The notes beneath the pieces are model-generated. The model was given only the letters and a program-made list of their open reading frames with translations. It was not told where the DNA came from and did no database searches. Below, piece after piece: positions 12,116 to 22,800 of a stretch of 64,000 bases of DNA. Source of the stretch: Marsupella aquatica (lineage: Eukaryota; Plantae; Marchantiophyta); assembly GCA_973895155.1 (NCBI GenBank), contig OZ316899.1:4653241-4717240 (forward strand), read 5' to 3'. The translations under genes were made by a program, and so were the position numbers. Each line of letters begins with the position of its first letter. The first letter of the stretch is position 1.

Positions 12116-13246
12116 ATAGGCGTACGGACGTGGGTGTACGGCCTCCAGATTTCCAACATTTTAGTGGGGGGTCACTCATGGGCTTGTTGGGATGAGCTCG
12201 CGGAGCTGATTCCAACAAGAGGCGGCGCTCCTCAAACGGAGCCAGGATGAGCAAGTTATGGCCTGGAGAACTTATGTTTTTGCGGTACGGAAACGGCCAT
12301 AACTCAGGCGTCTGAAGTCCGTTGAGGGAGCGACTTAGTGATTCGGAAGCAGGAAAAGAAGAGCTATCCAGGGGTGAGCTCAGGTGTGCACTTGGAAGGG
12401 CACCTAGTTTCGGCCATTTTGGGGTGCCTCTCACTTTCAGGGTTCACGTGTACTGTTGGGGCGCCGTCGAAGGCACCGTCGGCCCCCTTGTTTTGGGTTT
12501 AGGGTTTTAGCAGCATGTGTGTGCCGCATGCTCCTCTTCAGTTTAAGGATTTCTCTTAGTGCGAGGTTTTAGCGGCGCCGCTAGGGTAGCCGCCACCGTT
12601 GTGACCCTGTGAGGGGTGCTTTGGTGTGATTTTTCAGTATTTAGGGGGATAGCCCCGAAGTAGTTAGGGGGACTCAGTGTGAAGTTAGCAAGGAGGGATA
12701 GAGTGGAGCCTGAGGAGTTTGAAAGCGTGTTCAGAGTAGTGAGGGGGAGCCATACTCATTGTCCGGAGAGGCAGGAGTTGAGTAGACGGCAGGAGGCCGG
12801 GTTACTCATGCAATGTGTATCGTTTTTCCCAAGAGATATGGATCTGTACATTTGACTTGATGGGCTTTTGTTGTGTGTTCCTTCTCCCTTTTTCGCTTTC
12901 CGAATTGTGTTCTCCCGTTCTATGATTTGAAGAAACTTGCTTGGTTTGAGTCGGCCTTGTGAGTAGGGGTGGTGACAGCACTCTTTGGGTGACTCCGAGT
13001 GAAGGTGTAGTGGGGTAGTCGGCAGGACTTGATCAAAAGCTGTGGGGTGAGGGTAGTCGGTAGACTTGATCAAAACCTACATTTCCGGGAGCGGAAACCA
13101 AAATACTCATCCTGGTGTGAAAAGAATCCAAATAGCGTCCCTCCACGACCCCGTAATACGATACCAACGGTTTAAGCGAAGAAAAGTGCGGTTTGCACGT
13201 ATTAACCGTTGGAGAGGCAAGTGACATAAGTGTGGTCTTTTGTTTT

Positions 13247-13264
13247 TGGCGCCGCTGCCGGGGA
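13247..13264 (+). promoter_or_regulatory. Primer-binding site of A, tRNA-Asp type
   Basis: TGGCGCCGCTGCCGGGGA is one mismatch from the Athila-type Asp PBS TGGCGCCGTTGCCGGGGA; it lies 20 nt from the LTR end. Confidence 0.8.
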
Positions 13265-13481
13265 ATCCTTCTTCTTGTTTGACGACACGAAGGAGGGGAG
13301 CTACGTCTATTGGGAGTTCAAACCTATCAACCACAACGCAACTTGCGACGGTTGATACGTGAGAAGTTTGTTGGTTACTTTGTTATTGTACGTCAACCAC
13401 AACGCATCGTGCGACGGTTGATGTTTACAAATATTGCTTTCTGAGACATTGGTGTAAGTTTGGAATGCAGGTCTCAATGGG

Positions 13482-16400
13482 ATGCCGAGAGGGAGAAGGG
13501 GAGGTAGAGGAAGTCCCCAACACACACGTACCCCAAGATCAGAGCTAGAAGGGGGGCCCTCTTGGATTGGGACCAGACGACGAGTTGCTGCCGAAGAACG
13601 CTTACGGCTTGCAGAAGAGAGGAGGTTGCCACTGGTGCTGGAAGAACAAGTTGGTGTGCAACAGGAAGAGGCTCAACGTAATGAGGCCATATGCCCAGAC
13701 GAAGAGCCAGACATAGATCACGAGCGAGAAGAAGGAGAGCCCTTTGTGTTGGTGCAGTCTGAGTTACAAAATCTGATCCCAGAGCTCACTGCATTGCCAC
13801 AAATCATCTCACACCTATCATCGGTGCTGTTACCGGTGGCCCAACAAGCGCCATTACCACCTGTGTTGATACAGGCACCGGCTGCACCGATGGCAGCTGC
13901 ACAACGTACCCGTGTTCAGTACGTACCCTTCAAGGGGAGACCAAAGGATGATCCAGACGAATGGATTGAGGAGTTTGAAGGGATTGCCGAAGCTAATGGG
14001 GAGTCTGCACATAAGCTCACTATCATTCCTGGAATGATGAGAGGGGAGGCAGGTCCATGGTTCATTTCGTTGTTGGCCAACGTGAAAGCTGATTGGGCTC
14101 TGTTCAAGCAAGCCTTCTTGAAGGAGTTCAGATCCATAGGAGTGGAGGCCACCTCACTATTAAAGGTGGGCCAACTCAGGATGAAGAAGAAGGAGTCATT
14201 ACGGAGGTTTTTGCAAAGGTTCCAAAAGCTGGTACGTCGGATCCAAGCCCGTACCGATGATGCTATGCGTCAAGCCTGGTTTGTGGCTGCCCTACCAAGC
14301 AAGATGGGGTTCTTTGTACGTCAAGCCAAGCCAACCACATTGGCTGAAGCTATTGCAGCAGCGGAGTCATACACCGCAGCTGATGCCACAAGCAAGCGTT
14401 GCCGAAGAAAGAAGCTGAAGCCGGTTGACAGTTCCTCCAGTGAGGAGTCGAGTGGATCTGATTCAGATAGTAGTGATGAATCTGAGGATTCTGAGAGTAC
14501 TACAGAGTCAGACACTACGGAGTCAGAAGCTGAAAGACGAAGGAGGAAGAAGAAGAAGTTGTCAAAGAAAGTCAAGAAGTCCTCTCACCGTGAAGTGATA
14601 CTACCCACGGTGGCCGTTACACCATTGTCTACGGCAAGACGCCTGAAGGAGCAAGAGGCCAGATATGATGAGCTGACGGAGCAAATGAAAGCGTTGAAAG
14701 TACATTTTGCCGGACTCAAACCTGAGAGGAGAAAAGTTCCGGTGGAGAGAGCCAATGTGTGGTGCACCAAGTGCATGAAGTTTGGTCATGCCCCGAAGGA
14801 GTGCCCAGCGGGAGAACCAGCCAAGGTTTTCCAAGTACGGGAGGAGGATGTTGAGGGGGCAAGCTACTCAAATCCTTCATATGCAGCGGAAGGGCCAATA
14901 GAGTACTTCATGGAGGAGCCACCAGAGGCCAACGTGTATAGTGTACAACCTCTCAACCCGGGACCACGGAGCATTCATGGAGTTTCAACAAACGCCGGAG
15001 CACCCGCATACTCCAACTATCCCAACGCTAACCCAGGGAATCGACCACCGTACCCTGGAGTGAGGAAGATCCCTATTTGTTACAATTGTAGAGTGGCGGG
15101 CCACTACGCTAATGTGTGCCCAGAGCCCACCCGTCAAGGCAATGGAGATTTTGCCCGGCTGTGTCAACTATGCAAGGGGGAGGGTCATCTTGCACCACAC
15201 TGCCCAACCTTGGAGGCGTTCAAGGCTCAACCGATTGGGGCACAAGAGAAGAAGGGGCCGCCACCTCCTCTGAAAGAAGCTAGCGTCAACTTTCTCACCA
15301 CGGAAGCAGTCGACACCCCTCTAATCACTAGAAGAGAAGAAACCGTAGTGAACATTCCCAAGCAAAGGATGACCACCATAACGGAGGAGGTGGTACCGCT
15401 AGTCGTTGTAGTATCTCCAGTTGTTGAGATACCGGTGGTTGTTGTTGCAACATCTACGGAAGTTGAAGTTGCTAACCCCTCACCCCCAAGTCATGAGTGG
15501 ACTCATGCTGAGAATCTACCGGAGGAAGACAGCGACGAGGAGAGAAGGCATTACTCTTGTTACCGAGTCTCCACTCGATCCGGCAAAAAGAAGGGCAAGT
15601 CCGAGCTCAAGCAGAAGTACAAGGAGGTGCATCAAGCTTCCACATCGGGTACCTCACACGAACCGGAGGTGCCACCCATGGAGGATAGTGACTTTGATCG
15701 GGACAACCCCAAGTTGTTCTATCCGAAGGTGGGAGAAGAGGTACGTAAGCAGTTGGAGGAGCTAGAAGCACAAGCCATGCAAGCGGCCATTGACAAAGAC
15801 ATGGAGGAGGCAAAGGCCAGAAAGAAAGCGGAGGAGAGGGTTGTTCGTTGGAAACCGGGAGAAGAGGTCATCCCACCCATACCTCCTGCAACCGCGTACA
15901 ACATTGCTCAAGACATTCTGGATTGCCCAGTCAGTGCCACAATTGGTCAACTATTACGGGATAGCTCCCTATACCGTCGCCAAGTCAAGGAGATTCTCAT
16001 GAGGAGGAGACGTAGAAGAAGGTTACCCAAAGTTGGGGCTGACCCCATACAAGTCAACTGGGTCACGGAGGATTTGGGTGCCCCAGAACTCACGGTGGAC
16101 ATCAATGGATGTGCAATACGGTTTGTACCGGTGGACGGGGGCTCGGGAGTCAACATCATGACTGAGGAGACGGCAAACCGGTTGGGGTATACAGAGTTAG
16201 AACCACCGGCACGTGCCATGAGGTTGGCTGATGGTGCACGGGTGGTGCCGTTGGGGTGTCTCACCAAGATTCCAACAATGATTGGGGGAAAATCTTTCCC
16301 CCTCAACTATTTGGTGATGCGACCCGTTCGGCCGTACGGTTTTCCCATTTTAATTGGCAGGCCATGGTTGTATGTGGCCAAGGTCACAAGTGATTGGGGC

Positions 16401-19400
16401 AAACGGCAGTTTCGGTTTGGTATCCCCACTATCACTATTCCATGGTCAGCGGAGTCACCTCACGGGGAGACTACGACTATGGAGGAGGAATATGATTCAG
16501 AGGTCACCTCAGATGAAGACGAGGATGAAGTATACATGGTGAAACTGATTTCTCACCTCACGGAGGAAGATGTTTTTGGCCCCGGAGTTGCTACTCAAGA
16601 GCATGCAGTAGAGGAATCAGTTAGCCAAGTGCACGCTGTTCTAGAAGAGATGGAAGACGAGCGAAGCAAAATTGTGGAGGCTGAACCTCTAGAGATTCAT
16701 GATAGGGAGGCAGAGGATCACCCCGAGGAGGTGGAAATGCAAGCCCACACGATCATGTTTGATGATGAGCAAAGAGAGCAGTTTTTGAATGACATCCTGG
16801 ATGATGACTTTAGAGAGGAGCTATTGTCACATTACAAAGAATCTGACGTTGAAGAAATAATGGCCCATGTGACAAAGGATCCACCTCCATCCCGACCAGA
16901 CCAGGAGGAGAGTGATGCACCGGTGTATGGAGGGATGAGGCTCGCACGGTTGGAAGAAACCTTTGATGAGGAGACACGCAACAAGTTGGACGTGATCAGG
17001 CCGGAGCAGTACACAAAGGTGGAAGTGGGTGAGGGCAAGACACTCAACATTGGTAGTAAGTTGGATGCTACGGAGCAACGCACGATTCAGGAATTGTTGA
17101 AAGAGTACCAAGACGTATTTGCGTGGAGCCACCAAGATTTGAAAGGAGTGCCACCTGAGTTTGGTGAGCACAGCATTGACCTGATGTCAGGAGCACGACC
17201 TGTGAGGCAACGCCAATACCGCCTCAACCCCAAATACTCACTCATGGTGAAGGAGGAGATTGACCGTTTGTTGGATGCAGGATTCATTTATCCGGTCATG
17301 CATAGTGAGTGGGTGTCACCCATCGTAATCGTGCCCAAGAAAAAGGGGCCAGACGGGAAGGTGAAAATACGGGTGTGCCAAGATTTTCGAAAGTTGAATG
17401 ATGCGACCAAGAAGGATCACTACCCGCTACCGTTCACGGATATCGTGTTGGACATGGTAGCAGGTTGGGAGATATACAGCTTCTTGGATGGCTACTCTGG
17501 GTACAACCAAATCTGGATACGGGAGGAGGACCAACTCAAGACGGCTTTCACAACAGAGTGGGGGATTTTTGCATTCCGGAGAATGCCTTTTGGGTTGTGC
17601 AATGCCCCTGGCATGTTCCAACGGCTCATGATGAATATATTTCATGACTTTTTACGCAGGTTCTTGGAGATCTTTATTGATGACTTTGCTGTCTACGGCA
17701 AACGAGTCAAGCATCCGGAACACTTACGGTTGACTTTTCAGCGGTGCCGGGAGACTTGCCTGAAGCTGCATCCGGAGAAATGTTTCTTTGGAATTGAGGA
17801 GGGAATCCTATTGGGCCACAAAGTGTCTGCACAAGGGATTGAAGTTGATCGTGAGAAGGTCGCCGTGTGGGTAGCAGTCTCATTTCCCAAGAATGTGAAG
17901 GAAGTGAGAGGGTTCTTGGGGTGTGTTGGCTACTACCGACGCTTCATCAAAGACTTTGCCAAGGTAGCCATGCCACTCACTTCCATGTTGAAAAAAGGAA
18001 GTGAGTTTGAACCTACTCCTTCCCGTCAGGCTGCTTTTGATGAATTGAAGAAACGATTGCTAGAGGCCCCCGTGCTCATTACGCCCAATTGGAATAAGGA
18101 ATTCCATGTTTACGTAGACGTATCAGGATTTTGCATCGGTGCCGTTTTGAGTCAGTTAGATGATGATGGAAGAGACCATCCCATCTACTTTGCCAGTAGG
18201 CAGTTGGCCCCGGCAGAGAAAAACTACTCACCCACCGATAGGGAGGCACTTGGTATCATCTACGCTTGTAAGAAGTATCGTCATTATTTGTTGGGGTACA
18301 AGGTTGTGTTCCACACGGATCACAACAGCTTGAAATACATGGTCAACAAGCCAGATCTGTCCGGGAGAATTGCACGTTGGGTTTTGTTGCTACAAGAGTT
18401 CAACTATGAGGTGAGAGTAAGATCGGGGAAGAGTCATAGCAATGCAGACTTCTTCTCCCGTATTGAGGGAGCATCTGACTCCCAGGAGATTGATGATCGG
18501 TTCCCGGATGAGGAAGTGTTCAGCGTGAATACAGAGGCCACTACTTGGTATGGAGAAATTTTGGAATTTCTCCGCACGGCTAGAGTTCCCTCACGTTTGG
18601 GCCCGGAGAGAGCAGCAGTGTTTTTGCGTAAGACAGGTCCCTACTTGCTTGTGAAGGGAGTACTTCACAAGTACGGCATGGATGGCCGACTTCGTCGTTG
18701 TTTGGAGGAAGCGGAGATACGTACAGTCATGGCAGCATTACATGAGGAGGAAGCTGGTGGCCACTTTGCACGGGAGACCACCGCAAGGAAAATACTAGAT
18801 GCTGGATATTGGTGGCCAACTCTCTTTCGGGATGTACACCGGTACATCCAGCGATGTGATCCGTGCCAGCGTCAAGGCAAACCAGGGCCCTCCTCACGAC
18901 ACCCATTGGTGCCCATACTTCCTCTTGCACCCTTTGAGAAGTGGGGGGTGGACTTCATTGGCCCTTTCACTCCCATCACACGAAGAGGGAGGAAGCGCTA
19001 CATCATTCTTGCAACGGACTATGCCACCAAGTGGGTGGAGGCCCGAGCTACTGCCAAGGATGATGCCAACACCACGGCACGTTTTTTGTATGAGCAGATT
19101 TTTACACGATTTGGTCCACCATTGGAGTTGGTAAGTGACAGGGGTACTCACTTCCTCAATCATACGATTGAACGTTTGACGGAGAACTACTTGATCTCAC
19201 ATAGGAAGACCACTCCGTACCACCCTCGAGCCAACGGGCTCACTGAGAGAGCCAACGGGATCATGGGCAAGATCCTCAACAAAACGGTATCCGCTCACAA
19301 GACCGATTGGGATTTGAAGTTGTTGGCTGCCACTTACGCTTACAACCTGGCTCACAAGACTACCACGGGCCACAGCCCCTATTTCCTTGTGTTTGGACAA

Positions 19401-19880
19401 CACTCTCTTGTGCCGGTGGAATTTGAGGTTCCAACCATTCGAATCCTAACACGGGAAAGGGAAGGGGCAGAAGAAAGTGTCGCTTCACGGATCCAACAGT
19501 TGGAGCAACTCACGGAGACACGAGAAGAGGCTTTGACACATACGGAGCAGGAGCAAGGCAAACGCAAGTCACATTACGATTCCCGTCTCCGTCGTGTGTC
19601 CATTGAGGAGGGAGATTTGGTGCTCCTCTACGATAGCCGCTTCATGCATTTCCCCGGGAAGTTGCATACACGGTGGATGGGACCCTACGTAGTGGATGCC
19701 GTCTACTCCAACGGCTCGGTTCAACTCAAGACATTGGAGGGGCAACTACTCAACACACGGATCAATCAAGAGCGCCTAAAGAAGTACTACACGGAGGAAG
19801 AGTATGGTGCTCGCGGGGGCGCTTCGCAATTAAGAGAGGAGCTATGTGACGGGTACCCCGTCACGGGAAGTCACACATAA
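13482..19880 (+). CDS. gag-pol: Gag-Pol polyprotein of A (gag, 3 CCHC knuckles, protease, RT, RNaseH, integrase)
   Basis: 2132 aa: CTKC..H..C, CYNC..H..C, CQLC..H..C; VDGGSGVN; RMPFGL, IFIDDF; VYVDVSG, EALGI; HHCC (H..GGH..CDPC), WGVDF, SDRG, GLTER; GPY. Stop codon lies inside the 3' LTR. Confidence 0.98.
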   Translation: MPRGRRGGRGSPQHTRTPRSELEGGPSWIGTRRRVAAEERLRLAEERRLPLVLEEQVGVQQEEAQRNEAICPDEEPDIDHEREEGEPFVLVQSELQNLIPELTALPQIISHLSSVLLPVAQQAPLPPVLIQAPAAPMAAAQRTRVQYVPFKGRPKDDPDEWIEEFEGIAEANGESAHKLTIIPGMMRGEAGPWFISLLANVKADWALFKQAFLKEFRSIGVEATSLLKVGQLRMKKKESLRRFLQRFQKLVRRIQARTDDAMRQAWFVAALPSKMGFFVRQAKPTTLAEAIAAAESYTAADATSKRCRRKKLKPVDSSSSEESSGSDSDSSDESEDSESTTESDTTESEAERRRRKKKKLSKKVKKSSHREVILPTVAVTPLSTARRLKEQEARYDELTEQMKALKVHFAGLKPERRKVPVERANVWCTKCMKFGHAPKECPAGEPAKVFQVREEDVEGASYSNPSYAAEGPIEYFMEEPPEANVYSVQPLNPGPRSIHGVSTNAGAPAYSNYPNANPGNRPPYPGVRKIPICYNCRVAGHYANVCPEPTRQGNGDFARLCQLCKGEGHLAPHCPTLEAFKAQPIGAQEKKGPPPPLKEASVNFLTTEAVDTPLITRREETVVNIPKQRMTTITEEVVPLVVVVSPVVEIPVVVVATSTEVEVANPSPPSHEWTHAENLPEEDSDEERRHYSCYRVSTRSGKKKGKSELKQKYKEVHQASTSGTSHEPEVPPMEDSDFDRDNPKLFYPKVGEEVRKQLEELEAQAMQAAIDKDMEEAKARKKAEERVVRWKPGEEVIPPIPPATAYNIAQDILDCPVSATIGQLLRDSSLYRRQVKEILMRRRRRRRLPKVGADPIQVNWVTEDLGAPELTVDINGCAIRFVPVDGGSGVNIMTEETANRLGYTELEPPARAMRLADGARVVPLGCLTKIPTMIGGKSFPLNYLVMRPVRPYGFPILIGRPWLYVAKVTSDWGKRQFRFGIPTITIPWSAESPHGETTTMEEEYDSEVTSDEDEDEVYMVKLISHLTEEDVFGPGVATQEHAVEESVSQVHAVLEEMEDERSKIVEAEPLEIHDREAEDHPEEVEMQAHTIMFDDEQREQFLNDILDDDFREELLSHYKESDVEEIMAHVTKDPPPSRPDQEESDAPVYGGMRLARLEETFDEETRNKLDVIRPEQYTKVEVGEGKTLNIGSKLDATEQRTIQELLKEYQDVFAWSHQDLKGVPPEFGEHSIDLMSGARPVRQRQYRLNPKYSLMVKEEIDRLLDAGFIYPVMHSEWVSPIVIVPKKKGPDGKVKIRVCQDFRKLNDATKKDHYPLPFTDIVLDMVAGWEIYSFLDGYSGYNQIWIREEDQLKTAFTTEWGIFAFRRMPFGLCNAPGMFQRLMMNIFHDFLRRFLEIFIDDFAVYGKRVKHPEHLRLTFQRCRETCLKLHPEKCFFGIEEGILLGHKVSAQGIEVDREKVAVWVAVSFPKNVKEVRGFLGCVGYYRRFIKDFAKVAMPLTSMLKKGSEFEPTPSRQAAFDELKKRLLEAPVLITPNWNKEFHVYVDVSGFCIGAVLSQLDDDGRDHPIYFASRQLAPAEKNYSPTDREALGIIYACKKYRHYLLGYKVVFHTDHNSLKYMVNKPDLSGRIARWVLLLQEFNYEVRVRSGKSHSNADFFSRIEGASDSQEIDDRFPDEEVFSVNTEATTWYGEILEFLRTARVPSRLGPERAAVFLRKTGPYLLVKGVLHKYGMDGRLRRCLEEAEIRTVMAALHEEEAGGHFARETTARKILDAGYWWPTLFRDVHRYIQRCDPCQRQGKPGPSSRHPLVPILPLAPFEKWGVDFIGPFTPITRRGRKRYIILATDYATKWVEARATAKDDANTTARFLYEQIFTRFGPPLELVSDRGTHFLNHTIERLTENYLISHRKTTPYHPRANGLTERANGIMGKILNKTVSAHKTDWDLKLLAATYAYNLAHKTTTGHSPYFLVFGQHSLVPVEFEVPTIRILTREREGAEESVASRIQQLEQLTETREEALTHTEQEQGKRKSHYDSRLRRVSIEEGDLVLLYDSRFMHFPGKLHTRWMGPYVVDAVYSNGSVQLKTLEGQLLNTRINQERLKKYYTEEEYGARGGASQLREELCDGYPVTGSHT
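19831..19844 (+). promoter_or_regulatory. Polypurine tract of A, within the integrase coding sequence
   Basis: TAAGAGAGGAGCTA immediately before the TG of the 3' LTR; equivalent motif in B and C. Confidence 0.8.
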
Positions 19881-22800
19881 CTGGTTGCAAAGGCCGATAC
19901 CTTGTTAATAGTCAATGTAAATAAGCCATTTTTTAATTTTTAGTTAATTCCGTCATTATAGGTTGATGATGCCCCAGGTGACTTTATATTCTTTCTCTCA
20001 TAATAGTTCTAAGATTTGCGGCGACCTAAGTGGGCAAATATTTTGGGACCTTGAAACTAGCCAGGACCAGCCCCATAGGACTTACCGTTTTGCTTCAAGA
20101 GCTATTGTTGAGACCCCCATTGCAAAGTCAGGAGAGGGGGGGGTTTTTTTTAAATAAATCCCTCCTCAGGAGGGCGAGTCCCATTAGTGGCCGTCCGAGA
20201 GAAAGAGGGGCTGCCTCGCGAGCCCATAGGGCTGCGTGCCCGGGCGATTAATGGGGCTCCGCGAGCTGAAGGGGCTGCCTCGCGAGCCCATAGGGCTGCG
20301 TGCCCGGGCAATTAATGAGGCTCCGCGAGCTGAAGGAGCGCAAGCGAGCGGGGGGGGGGGGAGTTAAAGGGCCTCCCGCGAGCTGGGAGGATCACGCGAG
20401 CGGGGGGGAGTTAAAGGGCCTCCCGCGAGCTGGGAGGATCACGCGAGCGGGGGGGAGTTAAAGGGCCTCCCGCGAGCTGGGAGGATCACGCGAGCGGGGG
20501 GGAGTTAAAGGGCCTCCCGCGAGCTGGGAGGATCACGCGAGCGGGGGGGAGTTGAAGGGCCTCCCGCGAGCCGGGAGGAATGGCCGCGCGCCCTGCATAG
20601 GGCCGCGCGCAGGAGGACGCAAGGGTAAGGCCCGAGAAATGGGCCGGGGCGCATGGTGAAGGCGCCAGGAGTTTTTTCGGTTCTATTTTTTTTTCCTTCC
20701 TTTTTCTTTCCCTCTTCCTTTTGCACGACCCTCTCATTGCCGAAAGCAAAAACGGGGTTCTTCTCTCTCTTGCCGGAAGCTCTCTCCAGATTCTAATTAT
20801 TTTTGAAGCTCTCTCTTTCATGGTGGATTAGTGGGGCTTGCTGGCGTCATTCTTCCAGGCATTAGTGGCGGCCGCATGGAGTAGTGACGGGAAATTGAGA
20901 GAATTTAAGTGATCGGGCTACGGGGGCTGTTTCGGGCCAGGGAATTGACATTGCCACGGGTGACGGGATTGGTGATTGAGAAATTGATTTCGGGATGCAT
21001 GGATGCTAGATCAACCAGAGTTTAGTGCGTCACGCATTCGGAGATACAAGGCTGCTTACCGTGACTACGTGGAGACTCGGATTACACGGGAAAGGGAAGA
21101 GAGAGAAGTTATGATGAGCACGGGATTGGCAGCGGGTTCCTCACCGGTGGGTAGGAAGATTTTTCGTCGAATTTATCCCAAGACCTCCACCAAGGTGATG
21201 GAGGATTGTCGGAACATTTTCCAAGCCACCGGGCTTATAGAATTCATGAAGGTGGAGATTACCATCCCTTCAGGGAAGAGCTGGGACATTGAGGCCGGGA
21301 TGGAGTTCCGAACGGAGGGAATCTACTTTGAATGTCTCAAACGTGTAGTGCCCCATGTGGAGTTGGCTAAGCTATTGTTTCTTGAGAATCAGAAATTCTC
21401 ATTCACACCTCGGAATATCAGGGGAGAACTCACGTTGAAAATGGTGGCCACTTGGGTGACCAATCCTACCTCCACCACCGCCATCCCTCTTTCTGCTGTC
21501 AAGGATGTTGAGTATAAGGGCTTCCTGGCCAAGGTGCATCAACGGGTTCTTGGCAACGTGCAATCCGGAGTGCTGAATGAGGAGCATTTCGTGGTAGCTA
21601 TGGACATCAAGAACTACCCAGCCCATGTGTACGGATGGTGGTGCTACGGATTGAAGAAGCTATTGGCCGCTGAGCCCGGGAGTGTGAAACCAGGTGGGGC
21701 TGTACATTTGATGGGGTCATTTGTATTGGCCAGGGCAGAAGGGTTGATTGGTTCTCCGGGGCATGAAGACACGGGATCATCTCTCACCACGGAGATCCGG
21801 AGTATTGCCACTACCGTTTTAGGGAAGCTCACGGAGGAATCATTGTCTGCTGGTGGGGAGGATAATAGAGAAGAAGAGAACCAGGAGGATGATTGCACAT
21901 TGGAGTGGCTTGAATCACTCGTGGGAGATCCGAAACAGCCTCTGGAATACAACATTCCGGATGTTTACTTGGCAGAGCTACGGGATTTCAGAGAGGGAGT
22001 CCACGAGGGACTCAAGCTAGTCCACGCATTGAGGGAGTCTCTCAAGCACGCCACAGTCAAAGTAGAGACGTTAGAGCAGAGCATCCTGTCACTGAAGGAG
22101 GTGATCAAGACCAAGGAGCAGACCATTCATGAGAAGGTCAGGCACATCAATGCAGCTCACGTAGAGATCACCAACTTGAAGGGAGCTTTGTCCACCAAGG
22201 CCAAGGAAGCAGAAGAAGTAGGAGCGTTGAGGCAAGCATTGGCCAAAGAGAAGCAAAATTCTGGAGAAGTGATGGAGTGGAGGAACCAGGTGGGAGCACT
22301 ACGGAGTCAGGTGGCAGCCTTTGAGACACGAGCGAAGAGAAGTGAGGCCCTGAGTCTAGGGAAACGGAAGAGTCCCGGCACACCTGGCTCCACACTTTCC
22401 CCGGATGTGATCTCCCAAGCTATCGAGATGGTGGTGAAGGAGGTTAGTGGGAAGTATGGACCCTTGTTGGATGGAGCCAAGAAGAGTCAGGAGAAGAGTA
22501 AGAGCTTGGAGAAGAAGCTCCGGGAGGTACGGAAATCGTTACGGGAGGCTCAGGTCAGTACGGGGATGCCACCCAGGTCTGTCACCCCCGGGACTCCCAT
22601 GGCCACGGGGCAAGTTCTACCGTTGGAGTTGCGGTCCGGAGAAGAGGCTACCCTCTGGAAGGACACAATTGGTGAGGGGTACATCAAGGCGTGGCAGGCC
22701 TTGGCTGCTTTGAGGAAGCGCGGGAGCAGCAGCACTAAGAGTACTCCGTCGAAGAAGAAGAAAAGTACGGTGGCACTCACTCCCGTGAGTGATGAGGAGG

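Larger units (their letters stand above)
9103..13226 (+). repeat. 5' LTR of A (4124 bp)
   Basis: TGTGAC...GTGACA; direct repeat of 19845-23970, differing by about 4 transitions and two 1-bp G-run indels by eye. Confidence 0.97.

Noticed and set aside
12493-12510. GGGTTTAGGGTTTTAG telomere-like motif
   Set aside because: Only about 2 units; at most a telo-box, and not distinguishable from chance.
12570-12583. Palindrome TAGCGGCGCCGCTA in the A LTR as a member of the MULE palindrome family
   Set aside because: Different length and core; single occurrence per LTR.
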